From positions 186,225 to 250,224 of the forward strand of contig JAIYBN010000005.1 of assembly GCA_027488515.1 (NCBI GenBank): a DNA stretch of 64,000 bases, given 5' to 3'. Of this stretch, positions 36,147-45,705 are shown in pieces. Within the stretch, counting starts at the first letter, position 1. Each line of letters starts with the position of its first letter. Both the position numbers and the translations under genes were made by a program. The notes beneath the pieces are model-generated. The model was not told where the DNA came from, did no database searches, and was given only the letters and a program-made list of their open reading frames with translations. Source of the stretch: Pseudomonadota bacterium. GTDB lineage: Bacteria; Bdellovibrionota; UBA1018; CAIMNF01.

Positions 36147-36740
36147 TTAGCGGAGCTGGAAGCGGATCGGAATATGGAGGGTGACGGACTTGGCGATCGG
36201 CACCGGGGGCAAGCGCCCCACACTCCGCACTGCCTCCAAGGCAGCCCGATTGAGACTCTCGAAAGGACAGGGATTCTCGACCTCCGAGTGCAGCAGTCCC
36301 CCGTCTGCCGCGACCTCGATCTTGAGCATCACGGTTCCTTCTTGCTCGTTGAACTGCGCTTCGCGGGGATAGCGCTTGGTTTGATGAATCCGGGCGATGA
36401 TTCCCGCCAGGTAGCGCTCCATCTCACCGGGGGGCGGTCCGCTGGCATCACGACTCAGACCCGGATTCCCCGGCGTACCCCGTGGAACGGGAGGGCTCAA
36501 CGGAGGGGCCGGTTCTGTGGTCACCGACTCTTCAGGTTCCTCATGAGGAATCCCGAGCTGATGAACCGCCTCATGAACAGCTTGTTTGACCTCCTGCTCG
36601 ATCCGGATGTTTTCGAGCGTGATGCTTTCGTCTTTTTTCTCGGGTTCACGGGATGCAAAAAGAAGCACCGACACCGCACCCACCAGGGCCAGGTGGAGCA
36701 GGATGCTCTTCAAAAAGGGGCGTCGCATTCGTTTTGCCAT
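36147..36740 (-). CDS. tonB: Energy transducer TonB
   Basis: TM anchor with SILLH, Pro-rich linker, and C-terminal YPREAQ...EGTV...LNRAALEAVR...PIRFQL. Confidence 0.9.
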   Translation of the reverse strand: MAKRMRRPFLKSILLHLALVGAVSVLLFASREPEKKDESITLENIRIEQEVKQAVHEAVHQLGIPHEEPEESVTTEPAPPLSPPVPRGTPGNPGLSRDASGPPPGEMERYLAGIIARIHQTKRYPREAQFNEQEGTVMLKIEVAADGGLLHSEVENPCPFESLNRAALEAVRSVGRLPPVPIAKSVTLHIPIRFQLR

Positions 36741-36764
36741 TGATCGAAACCTTGCGCGCATTCT

Positions 36765-37235
36765 ATGGTGTTGCAGATGATTTGCAACCATAAGCATGAA
36801 AAATCCGAGTCCCTGGAGGATCGGATCCGGGAGGCCGGACTGAAACTCACCCCCTCCCGACTCCGGGTGCTGGAGCTTCTGGAAGCCAAACGCTGCCTGA
36901 TGACCGTGGACGAGGTGGTGACGGCCCTCACCCGCAAGGCGAAAAAGAAAGCCGACTGGACCACCATCTACCGGACCCTACTGAGCTTCACAGAAGCCGG
37001 AATCGTGAGCTCCACCCTCCTGGATGATGGCGTGGCGCGTTACGAATACAAGTGTCTCGCCCCCGGGGACACCCACCACCATCACCACGTTCAGTGCAAA
37101 TCCTGCGGTAAAATCGCTCCCATCGAAGCGTGCGAGATCCAGGCGATCGAAAGCCTGGTGGCGCGAATGGGCTACACCGGGCTTTCACACAAGCTCGAAT
37201 TCACCGGGATCTGCCCGGAATGCCAGGATTCCTGA
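36765..37235 (+). CDS. zur: Fur-family metalloregulator, probably Zur
   Basis: GLKLTPSR, TTIYRTL, HHHHHVQCKSCGKI and HKLEFTGICPEC (two CxxC). Divergent from tonB and a ZnuD-like receptor. Confidence 0.82.
   Translation: MVLQMICNHKHEKSESLEDRIREAGLKLTPSRLRVLELLEAKRCLMTVDEVVTALTRKAKKKADWTTIYRTLLSFTEAGIVSSTLLDDGVARYEYKCLAPGDTHHHHHVQCKSCGKIAPIEACEIQAIESLVARMGYTGLSHKLEFTGICPECQDS
36771..36787. promoter_or_regulatory. Second putative Zur box at the tonB/zur divergent junction
   Basis: TTGCAGA-TGA-TTTGCAA has the same TGCA-N7-TGCA geometry as 36121-36137. Confidence 0.55.
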
Positions 37236-37242
37236 AAAGCCG

Positions 37243-37271
37243 TTGATTGACCCCCCGTTCGATGCTACCTT
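37243..37271 (+). promoter_or_regulatory. sigma70-like promoter for tRNA-Ser
   Basis: TTGATT, 17-nt spacer, TACCTT, 26 nt upstream of the tRNA. Confidence 0.45.
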
Positions 37272-37296
37272 CCACCTTACATTTCATCGTTCAACT

Positions 37297-37386
37297 GGAG
37301 GGGTGTCCGAGTGGTTGAAGGAGCACGCTTGGAAAGCGTGTAAAGGGTCACACCTTTCGTGGGTTCGAATCCCATCCCCTCCTCCA
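37297..37386 (+). tRNA. tRNA-Ser (anticodon GGA)
   Basis: Acceptor GGAGGGG/CCCCTCC, D-loop GAGTGG, anticodon arm CACGC-TTGGAAA-GCGTG, long variable arm AAAGG/CCTTT, T-arm GTGGG-TTCGAAT-CCCAT and encoded CCA. Confidence 0.97.
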
Positions 37387-37418
37387 TTTTCCGATCATTC
37401 ATTCAATAGAGTCTTGCG

Positions 37419-37883
37419 ATGCGGTTTTTCCTGCCTCTCTTCCTCCTGAGCCTCTCCGCATCCGCTTCCCGATACTCCGTTCCGATCAAGATTTCCTCGC
37501 TCAACCACAGACTTTATTTCGACTCTGCCGTCAACATGAAGCATGTCAATGCCGATCCCGGGTACGCCCGGTACGCTTCCAAAGAGTTCTCCATCCTGAC
37601 CCCGGAAAACGAATTCAAATTCATCTCCATCCATCCGGAGAGGAACGGATTTGATTTCAAGGTGGCGGATTCTCTGGTCGACTTCGCCAAACGAAACCAT
37701 CAATTGGTCCGAGGTCATACGCTGGTGTGGCACAACCCTGAAGCCCTCCCCCCCTGGCTCACCGGAAAAAAACACTCCCCGAAGAAACTCCGGGCCATTC
37801 TTCGAAACCACATCGAGAAAACCGTCAAGCATTTCAAAAAAACGGCAAAGAACACGGTTCCTTGTCTGTTTTTGATGTGTTAA
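37419..37883 (+). pseudogene. Truncated GH10 endo-1,4-beta-xylanase fragment
   Basis: Signal peptide, EFSILTPENEFK and VRGHTLVWH. The frame is lost at the A7 run near 37837 and ends before the WDVVNE acid/base motif; about 150 aa versus more than 300 aa for a GH10 domain. Confidence 0.8.
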
Positions 37884-38001
37884 CCCTCATTCCCATCCGG
37901 AAGGGGAATTCAAAGGCATCCATGCACTTACAACGAGCATCATTGACATCACTTTGGACAGACCTGTTTCGACCCCTTCTCCCTTTTCCACGCCTCCGAT
38001 C

Positions 38002-38829
38002 ATGAGAGCTTTTTGGGACCGATTCGTCAACCAGAACAGCCGATCCTCCTTCATGGGGCGGATCGCCCGTAATGCGGACCGTTTCCTGAAGCACTATTGG
38101 AACGAGTCGAATTGGGAGTTTTCCCGGAATGGCGAAGGGCGCGTCATTCGCATCCTGTCCGAATCCTGGAACTCGAAAAAAGTCCGGGTGTTCGACGTCG
38201 GAGCGAATCGAGGTGAATGGTCGGCGATCATCCTCGAACGCTTTCCCCGGGTGGACCTTCATTCGTTCGAGATCGTCCCGGACACCTTCAATCGACTCCA
38301 AGGAGCCCTCTCGGGCAAACCCACACCTGACCAGCACCTGCATCTGAACGCACTCGGCCTGTCCGACCGCGAAGGGGAAATCGAGGTGAGTTATTTTCCG
38401 GATGTCGACAACGGCAGTTCGATCGCCCCTCTCCCGCACGGAATCCGGACCGAGAAACGCCTGGCGCGGATCGTTTGTGGAGATGCCTATGTCAGTGATC
38501 ACCAAGTCGACCGGATCGACCTCTTGAAAGTCGATACCGAGGGGCATGACTTGTATGTCCTTCGTGGACTCAGACGGATTCTGGAATCCGGAGCCGTTCC
38601 CTGCATCCAGTTCGAATACGGCCACGTTTGCGTTCCGGCCCGTGTGTTTCTCGGAGATTTTTATTCCCTGCTCGAGCCGATGGGATACCGGATCGGCCGC
38701 CTCTTCCCCGACGGAGTGGAATTCAAGGATTACAGCCTTTTCCACGACGAGCACTTCCGTGCCGGAAATTACCTTGCCGTCCGCAAGGACCAGCCGGACC
38801 TACTCCGGGCACTGTCGCGTCGAAACTGA
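38002..38829 (+). CDS. FkbM family methyltransferase
   Basis: VFDVGANRGEW, HSFE, ALGLSD, IDLLKVDTEGHDLYVLRG and IQFEY. Confidence 0.9.
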   Translation: MRAFWDRFVNQNSRSSFMGRIARNADRFLKHYWNESNWEFSRNGEGRVIRILSESWNSKKVRVFDVGANRGEWSAIILERFPRVDLHSFEIVPDTFNRLQGALSGKPTPDQHLHLNALGLSDREGEIEVSYFPDVDNGSSIAPLPHGIRTEKRLARIVCGDAYVSDHQVDRIDLLKVDTEGHDLYVLRGLRRILESGAVPCIQFEYGHVCVPARVFLGDFYSLLEPMGYRIGRLFPDGVEFKDYSLFHDEHFRAGNYLAVRKDQPDLLRALSRRN

Positions 38830-38841
38830 AGACCTCTCACT

Positions 38842-39474
38842 TCAAAACGTGTAGCGGTGGGCGACATCCAATTCGTCGGCGGACTGGATCATGACCATCG
38901 ACTTACACAGCCCGGTGTTGATGTCATAGACCCAACCGTGGAGTGCCGGGAATCCACCCCGCTCTTTCCAGGCTTTCTGAATGATCGAGGTACTCGCCAG
39001 GTTCTTCACCTGGGCCATGACATTCAATTCAACCAGACGGTTGACACGATCCGACTCACTCTTGATCCCGTCCACCTCGAAACGGTGGAAAGAATAGGTG
39101 TCCTTGATGTTCCGGATCCAGTGATCGATCACCCCGATCGATGCGCTACCCATCGCCGCCTTCACCCCGCCACAGTTGTAGTGCCCGCAAACGATGATGT
39201 GATCCACCTTCAGGGCTTCAACCGCATACTGGACCACACTGAGCAGATTCAAGTCGGAGTGGACCACAAGGTTGGCCACATTCCGGTGCACGAACATCTC
39301 ACCCGGCTGGGTGTTGGTGAGTTCCGAAGGATCAACCCGCGAATCCGAGCATCCGATCCAGAGGTAGTCGGGTTTCTGCCCTTCCGCCATGTTCACAAAG
39401 TATTCAGGATTGTTCTGGGTCTTCCCTTTCGACCAGGCGAGATTCTCCAACAGAAGCTTTTTGATTCGATGCAT
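38842..39474 (-). CDS. can: Beta-class carbonic anhydrase
   Basis: WIGCSDSRV, FVHRNVAN and IVCGHYNCGG. Confidence 0.96.
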   Translation of the reverse strand: MHRIKKLLLENLAWSKGKTQNNPEYFVNMAEGQKPDYLWIGCSDSRVDPSELTNTQPGEMFVHRNVANLVVHSDLNLLSVVQYAVEALKVDHIIVCGHYNCGGVKAAMGSASIGVIDHWIRNIKDTYSFHRFEVDGIKSESDRVNRLVELNVMAQVKNLASTSIIQKAWKERGGFPALHGWVYDINTGLCKSMVMIQSADELDVAHRYTF

Positions 39475-39476
39475 GA

Positions 39477-41018
39477 TTATCCCCTGAAAAACGGGCTCAC
39501 TGCGCCCCGGGTTTTACGGACATTGACTTGAATTCCCCGACCTGCCGCCCCTTGGACGAAGTCTTCGAGCACACTGACGATGTCCGGATCGAGGTGATTC
39601 TCGGACCCTCCGTCAATCTCAAGGGTTGTCCCCGGCTCGACGGATCTCAGATGGAGCAAGAGTTCATGTTTGTTCAAGAACGAGACGTCTTTCACAAATC
39701 GGAGCAGACTGAAAGATTCGTCGCCCTTCACCAGAATCATGGATTTCTTCTGGCTCCGCTTGATCACAAAAGCAAACCCGACCACCATCCCCACAGCCAC
39801 CCCTTTCAGAAGGTCGGTGAACAGGATGGCCAGAATGGTGACCACAAACGGAACGAACTGGTCCAATCCTTTGGCATACATTTTCCGGTACAGCTCGGGT
39901 TTGGTCAGCTTGTAGCCGACCAGAATGAGGACGACCGCCAAAACCGAAAGTGGAATCAAGGTCAGAACCTTCGGGAATAAAATGATCGCCAAGAGAAGCC
40001 AGATTCCGTGAAAGATTCCTGACCACCGATCCTCGGCACCGGCATTCACATTTGCCGAAGTCCGAACAATGACCGCGGTGATCGGAAGGCCTCCCAGGAG
40101 TCCGGCAAGGGTGTTGGATACTCCTTGTGCCAAGAGCTCACGATTCTTGGAACTGCTTCTCTTTTTCGGATCGATTTTGTCCGCAGCGTCGAGACTGAGA
40201 AGGCTTTCCAAGGATCCGACGATTGCAATCGTGAGAGCGGTCACATACACCGAAGCTTTTCCGAGCGCACTCCAATCCGGCCGGATCAAACCTCCGACGA
40301 GTTCGGAAATCCCTCCATTGAAGGGAAGATCGACCCGGTGCTTGATATCAAGCTCCATGCCCAAGGCATGAAAACCATACCTACTCAGCAGCACCCCTGC
40401 GACCACGGCGAGCAATGCGCTCGGAATACTGCGGATCCAACTTGCTTTCACCTTTGGACCGATCCGCTCCCAACCCAGGATCACTCCGAAGCTGACCAGT
40501 GCGATGATGACGCACTCCAAGTCGAATACTTCAAAGGCTTCCATCAACTCACTGAAAGTGTTTTGCCCGTCCTCGGGCTGAAAAAACTCGAGAGTTCCCA
40601 TGAATGCGCTGTCCAAACCGACCGCATGGGGGATTTGTTTCAGAATCAGCAACAAACCGATCGCTGACAACATGCCGGTGATGACCGAAGACGGGAAAAA
40701 ATTCCCGATCACTCCGGCTTTCATCAAGGAAAATACGATCTGGATCAGACCTGACAGGAAGACCGCCACGGCGAACGCCTCGAAGCCCCCCACTTGGTCG
40801 ATTCCATTCGCCACGATGACCGCCAAGCCCGCGGCAGGACCGGAAACGCTGAGTCGGGAGCCGCTCAAGCTCGACGCCACGATGCCACCTACAATCCCGG
40901 CCACCAAGCCGGCCACCAGGGGCGCCTTCGATGCAAGTGCGATTCCCAGGCAAAGCGGTAAAGCCACCAAAAAGACAACTACCGAGGCGCGTAAATCCGA
41001 ACGTACATTTTGCATCAT
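39477..41018 (-). CDS. SulP (SLC26) family anion/bicarbonate transporter
   Basis: DLRASVVVFLVALPLCLGIA, SVSGPAAGL, NRELLAQG, PITAVIVRTSAN and a short STAS-like tail. Start taken at MMQNVR. Confidence 0.93.
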   Translation of the reverse strand: MMQNVRSDLRASVVVFLVALPLCLGIALASKAPLVAGLVAGIVGGIVASSLSGSRLSVSGPAAGLAVIVANGIDQVGGFEAFAVAVFLSGLIQIVFSLMKAGVIGNFFPSSVITGMLSAIGLLLILKQIPHAVGLDSAFMGTLEFFQPEDGQNTFSELMEAFEVFDLECVIIALVSFGVILGWERIGPKVKASWIRSIPSALLAVVAGVLLSRYGFHALGMELDIKHRVDLPFNGGISELVGGLIRPDWSALGKASVYVTALTIAIVGSLESLLSLDAADKIDPKKRSSSKNRELLAQGVSNTLAGLLGGLPITAVIVRTSANVNAGAEDRWSGIFHGIWLLLAIILFPKVLTLIPLSVLAVVLILVGYKLTKPELYRKMYAKGLDQFVPFVVTILAILFTDLLKGVAVGMVVGFAFVIKRSQKKSMILVKGDESFSLLRFVKDVSFLNKHELLLHLRSVEPGTTLEIDGGSENHLDPDIVSVLEDFVQGAAGRGIQVNVRKTRGAVSPFFRG

Positions 41019-41111
41019 TTGTACAAAACTACCCGAGCAGGGATTGGACGACAACATGAAACCCTCACCCGCCAAACTCCTCATGGCCCGCTTCATGCTT
41101 GATGAACTGAC

Positions 41112-41837
41112 ATGGCCGTTTCCGGTCCGGAGCGGGCACCGGTGTTCAAAGCCCGGAACCTCGTGAAAACCTACAGCTGGGGTGAAGTGACCGTTCATGC
41201 GCTCCGTGGCGTGGATCTGGACCTGTATGAGCATGAGATCGTGGTGCTTCTGGGCCCGTCCGGTAGCGGCAAAACGACCCTCCTCAACATCCTGGGTGGG
41301 CTCGATTCTGCAAGTTCAGGGGAAGTCTTTTACCGTGAGCACAATCTGGTGACCTCGGACGAGGACGTCCTCACCCGCTTCAGGAGGGAACATGTCGGAT
41401 TCGTCTTCCAGTATTACAATCTGATCGCGAGCCTGACCGCGTTGGAGAACATCCGACTGGTCACGGAAATCTCATCTTCACCCATGAAACCCGAAGATGC
41501 CCTCGATCTGGTGGGCATGAAAGCTCTTGCGGATCGATTCCCTTCCCAGCTCTCGGGAGGGGAACAACAGCGGGTCTCGATCGCCCGCGCCATCGCCAAG
41601 CGACCTGACATCCTTCTGTGCGACGAGCCGACCGGAGCCCTCGACTATGAGACCGGCAGAAAGGTCCTCGAGGCGATTCAAAAAATCCACTCAGAACTCG
41701 GCACGCTCGTCGTCATCATCACCCACAATGCTGCAATCGCCGGAATGGCGGACCGGGTGATCCGGATCGAAAACGGAAGAATCGGAGAAATCCGGATCCA
41801 ACCCGAACGACTGCCTCTGGACGAGATTCGATGGTGA
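41112..41837 (+). CDS. ABC transporter ATP-binding protein (LolD/MacB type)
   Basis: [16 protein letters not shown] and DEPTGALD. Confidence 0.94.
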   Translation: MAVSGPERAPVFKARNLVKTYSWGEVTVHALRGVDLDLYEHEIVVLLGPSGSGKTTLLNILGGLDSASSGEVFYREHNLVTSDEDVLTRFRREHVGFVFQYYNLIASLTALENIRLVTEISSSPMKPEDALDLVGMKALADRFPSQLSGGEQQRVSIARAIAKRPDILLCDEPTGALDYETGRKVLEAIQKIHSELGTLVVIITHNAAIAGMADRVIRIENGRIGEIRIQPERLPLDEIRW

Positions 41838-44161
41838 CCCGGGCACTCGATCTCAAAATCCTGAGAAGCCTGATGAGCCTCCGGTTTCAAACCGTGAGCA
41901 TCGCTGTGTTGGTGGCCTGCGGCTCCGGACTCTTGATTGCCGCGTGGAGTTCATACGATGCACTTCAACTTGCGAAGCTTCGTGCCTACGAAAGACTTTC
42001 CTTCGGAGACATTTTCGCTGAAGTCAAAGAGGCCCCGCTGTCACTCGAGTCGCGAATACGGTCCATTCCGGGCGTACGGGAGGTGGACCTACGTTTGGTG
42101 GAGAGTGTTTTGATCCGCATGCCCGGAGCTCCTTCAGCACAGTTCATCTCCCTGCCGGAGCCCGGTACTCCCGGGCTCGACCGGGTTCATTTGAAATCCG
42201 GGAGCCTTCCATCTCCCTCGTCGGTTCCGGAGATTTTGTTGCACGAGGGATTCGCATTGGCGCGGAATCTCGGCCCCGGAGACACACTGAGTGCCATCGT
42301 CGGTGGAAAGCAATGGCTGTTCCGGATTTCCGGCGTGGCCCTTTCGCCCGATTCCGTCTATTTGATCGGCCCCGGCGCCCCGCTCCCCGACGACACCCGC
42401 TACGGAATGGCTTGGATGAGCCGCAAGGAGCTCGAGAGGGTCACCCGGAAAGGGCGGACCTTCCAACGGGTGAGCTTGAAAGTCTCTCCTGACGTTTCCA
42501 ATTCCATGGTACTCGAAGACCTCGACCGGATCCTGAAACCTTACGGTTCCTACGGATCGTTCTTGCGTAAAGACCAGCTCTCCAACCGCCTCGTGGAGAA
42601 CGAGATCACCGAGCAAAAGACCTTGGCTGTCCTGTTTCCGGCGATTTTTCTCGGAATCGCCACCTTTCTCATTCACAACACATTGGCCCGACTGGTCCAA
42701 TTGGAGCGGGTCCCGATCGCAACACTTCGGGCGCTAGGCTACCGGTCTTTCGATATCATGATGCACTATCTGAAACTGGCGCTAAGCATGATCGCTGTCG
42801 GGGTAGTTTTCGGCATCGCACTGGGCACGGGAATGGGACACCTGTTGTCACGATCGTATCAGGCATTTTTCCGTTTTCCGGAGATCCGGTTCAGTCCGGG
42901 AGCTGACGCCATCCTCCTCGGCCTGTTCGCTTCCTTGTCCGCCGGCATTCTCGGGGCCGGATCAACCATGCGTTCGATTCGTTCTCTCACGCCTGCAGAA
43001 GCCCTCCGACCTCCGGCCCCTCAACGTTTCCAATCCGGATTTCTCGATCGCTCGTTCCTGGGTCCTCGGATTCCAGTCCGGATTCGTATGGTGCTGAGAA
43101 ACTCGCTTTCAAGGCCTCTCCGACTCACCTGGAACATCCTGGGAATGTCCTGTGCCTGGATCCTGCTGATCATGTCCTGGTCATGGAATGACATTCTCGA
43201 GAACCTGATCGACGAACAGTTTCACCGACTTTCGCGTGAAACCATCTCCATGTCCCTTCGTGCTCCGGTGAAAGATTCCAGTGCCGATTCCTGGGGTAAA
43301 CTCCCCGGTGTGCTGGAGCACGAGACCTACCGTATCCTTCCCGTGAGAATGCGGTTCGCCCAGCACTCGAAAACCCTGGCATTGACGGGGGTTCCTCCCC
43401 TCCCCCGTCTCGAACTTCCCGCCGTCGACGGCTTGGCTCTGAGCAGGTACTTCCAGAAAGCCTGGGGTTTGAACGCGGGCGACAGGGTGGAGTTCGAATC
43501 TCTCGAAGACGGCAAAAAAACTTTCTCCCTGACCGTGAGTCACTTCATCCGGGATGCGATCGGAGTTTCAGCCCGGGTACCCAAAGCCCGACTTCACTCG
43601 AGTCTGAACGAGGAGTCCTCATTCAACCGGATCCTGCTTCGGGTGACCCCGTCATCCGTTCCAGATGTCCTTGAACGACTCGAGGCAAGTCCTCTCGGAA
43701 CCTCGATCCGTACCAAAAGCGACATTCTCGCCAGCTTCGCACGCACACTGGGTAAACTCATCCGGACGTCGAGTCTGGTGCTGGTGGTGTTTGCGATCAC
43801 CATGGCAATCGCACTCCTGTTGAATTCGATCCGCATCAGCTTCGCCGAGCGACAAAAGGAAATTGCGAGCCTCCGGGTCCTCGGCCTACCGTTCTCGACA
43901 GCCTTCGACCTGCTCTTGTCTGAAACGGCGATCCAATGGGTTCTTGCCGCCCCGATCGGTTGTGTGGCCGGCAACCTCCTGACCCGGGCCGCACTGAAAG
44001 CCATGCACGCCGAGGAGTATGACTTCACCGTGGTGATTTCGGCAAGAACCTATGCCTTGTCTTTCATCATCCTGGGAGCTTGTTTTCTGGCAGGATCGCA
44101 ATGGATGCGCACCATTTGTCGCTCCACCCCCCTCCCGGATGCCATCAAAACGGAGGAATGA
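41831..44161 (+). CDS. ABC transporter permease with two FtsX-like repeats
   Basis: Two TM clusters, each with [10 protein letters not shown] or [13 protein letters not shown], separated by large periplasmic domains. Confidence 0.88.
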   Translation: MVTRALDLKILRSLMSLRFQTVSIAVLVACGSGLLIAAWSSYDALQLAKLRAYERLSFGDIFAEVKEAPLSLESRIRSIPGVREVDLRLVESVLIRMPGAPSAQFISLPEPGTPGLDRVHLKSGSLPSPSSVPEILLHEGFALARNLGPGDTLSAIVGGKQWLFRISGVALSPDSVYLIGPGAPLPDDTRYGMAWMSRKELERVTRKGRTFQRVSLKVSPDVSNSMVLEDLDRILKPYGSYGSFLRKDQLSNRLVENEITEQKTLAVLFPAIFLGIATFLIHNTLARLVQLERVPIATLRALGYRSFDIMMHYLKLALSMIAVGVVFGIALGTGMGHLLSRSYQAFFRFPEIRFSPGADAILLGLFASLSAGILGAGSTMRSIRSLTPAEALRPPAPQRFQSGFLDRSFLGPRIPVRIRMVLRNSLSRPLRLTWNILGMSCAWILLIMSWSWNDILENLIDEQFHRLSRETISMSLRAPVKDSSADSWGKLPGVLEHETYRILPVRMRFAQHSKTLALTGVPPLPRLELPAVDGLALSRYFQKAWGLNAGDRVEFESLEDGKKTFSLTVSHFIRDAIGVSARVPKARLHSSLNEESSFNRILLRVTPSSVPDVLERLEASPLGTSIRTKSDILASFARTLGKLIRTSSLVLVVFAITMAIALLLNSIRISFAERQKEIASLRVLGLPFSTAFDLLLSETAIQWVLAAPIGCVAGNLLTRAALKAMHAEEYDFTVVISARTYALSFIILGACFLAGSQWMRTICRSTPLPDAIKTEE

Positions 44162-44162
44162 G

Positions 44163-45047
44163 ATGAAGCAACGATATCGTGTCTGGATCATTCTGATGGT
44201 GGGTTTGATCCTTCTCTGGATCATTCTCCGCCCCAAACAAATCCCGGTCGAGACCGTGATCGCCACGAGAGGCGACGTGGTGGAAACCCTCACCATCGAC
44301 GGCTACTTCCGGAGTCTGGATCGCAGGGTCCTTTCCGCCTTCGCTGACGGTGAGGTCGGAACCATCACTTTGAAGGCGGGAGAACCCGTCAGGAAGGACC
44401 AGGTGATCACCCGCATCCTCTGGGATGTGACTCCGGAACCCCTGCGCTCACCCTTGAACGGTGTGGTGTCCCGTGTCTGGCGGGAAACCGCCGGCCCCGT
44501 CAGGCGAGGGGAACCGTTGATCGAGATCATCGATCCGGGACGACTCGAGATCGTCGCAGAAATCCTGACAACCGATGCGGCACGAATCCGGCCGGGACAG
44601 AGCGCGACTGTGAAAGGTTTCGGCTTGAAGTCGCCGATTCCTGCACAAGTCAAACGCCTGAGTCAGGCCGCATTCGTCAAAGTCTCCGCCTTGGGTGTGG
44701 ATGAAGAGCGAACGGAAGTGATCCTCGAACCCTTGAGTCCGCTCTCGCACCAGGCCCCCTGGACCGGAAACCTCTTTCATGCCGAGGTGAGCATTGAAAC
44801 CGCCCGGGTGGGCCGGTGTCTCAAGGTTCCCATCGGAGCCCTGATCCGGTCCGGTGGCGATTGGTCGGTCTTTGTGGTCAACCGGCGGAAAGCTCAACGG
44901 AGATCGATTGCCCGGGGAATCGATGACGGGCACTGGGTGGAGATCCTGGAAGGTCTGACCGGGATCGAGCGGGTCATTCTTTATCCGGAGGACCGGATCC
45001 GGGAGGGAATCGGAGTGAAACTGGTGGAATCCCCGGTGGCTCGATAG
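44163..45047 (+). CDS. Efflux periplasmic adaptor (HlyD/MFP family)
   Basis: N-terminal TM, lipoyl-like halves (LKAGEPVRKDQ...LRSPLNGVV) and VPIGAL. Confidence 0.88.
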   Translation: MKQRYRVWIILMVGLILLWIILRPKQIPVETVIATRGDVVETLTIDGYFRSLDRRVLSAFADGEVGTITLKAGEPVRKDQVITRILWDVTPEPLRSPLNGVVSRVWRETAGPVRRGEPLIEIIDPGRLEIVAEILTTDAARIRPGQSATVKGFGLKSPIPAQVKRLSQAAFVKVSALGVDEERTEVILEPLSPLSHQAPWTGNLFHAEVSIETARVGRCLKVPIGALIRSGGDWSVFVVNRRKAQRRSIARGIDDGHWVEILEGLTGIERVILYPEDRIREGIGVKLVESPVAR

Positions 45048-45055
45048 GGCGCCAC

Positions 45056-45631
45056 TTACCGAAGGCTTTCAGCCCACATCTTCTCGAACTGCCTCACAAA
45101 CGGCGACACCAACCCGGCTTCTTCAAGATAGATCTGGTTCTCCTGGTTCTTGTTCGCAGCCCCGTTGGTGAAATTGAAGGATCCGGTTTCCATCCGGCTT
45201 CCGTCCACCAAAACAAACTTGTGGTGCATGATCCCTTTCTGACGTCCGTAACGGACCTTCACTCCGGCACGCAACAACTTCGGAACACCCGAATGGCTGT
45301 TTTTGGAGTTCCGACGCTCCACCAGGACTCTCACAGGGATTCGAGAAGAAATATCGATCAATGAGTCGACGACTGACGTGAGATTGATGTCGAATACGGC
45401 GACATCCACTGTTTTTTTCGCTGACCGGATGAACTTGACCAGCTTGACTTCACAAGGCCCGGAAGGCGAAAAACAGATCTCATTCGCCACCGGCGCCTCG
45501 GCGAATGTGTCGGCCACCACCTTGGCGGCCCGCTCCGCAAGCCGATCCGCCTTCGACCGGGCTTCCGCCACGCCGCCCGTCACGCACATGAATACGATGG
45601 AAAACACCCAAGCGAACCGCACGCCCCCCAT
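45056..45631 (-). CDS. Secreted phospholipase D-like nuclease (single HKD)
   Basis: Signal peptide, MHHKFVLVDG, TGSFNFT and NQEN. Confidence 0.87.
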   Translation of the reverse strand: MGGVRFAWVFSIVFMCVTGGVAEARSKADRLAERAAKVVADTFAEAPVANEICFSPSGPCEVKLVKFIRSAKKTVDVAVFDINLTSVVDSLIDISSRIPVRVLVERRNSKNSHSGVPKLLRAGVKVRYGRQKGIMHHKFVLVDGSRMETGSFNFTNGAANKNQENQIYLEEAGLVSPFVRQFEKMWAESLR

Positions 45632-45705
45632 TCTAGCTGTCGATACCGGCACGTCAAGCCCTCGACAGCTTGCCTCAACCCTCCCTGCTCCTCTATGCTC
45701 GGTAT

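Noticed and set aside
38842-41018. SulP + beta-carbonic anhydrase pair as a novel system
   Set aside because: This is a well-known, widespread bicarbonate-handling gene pair.
37297-41100. Genomic island integrated at tRNA-Ser
   Set aside because: I found no duplicated tRNA 3' end (attR) and no integrase in the window. Only the GH10 remnant hints at past insertion.
41019-41234. N-terminal extension of SulP
   Set aside because: It overlaps the divergent ABC ATPase start. SulP homology begins at MMQNVRSD.
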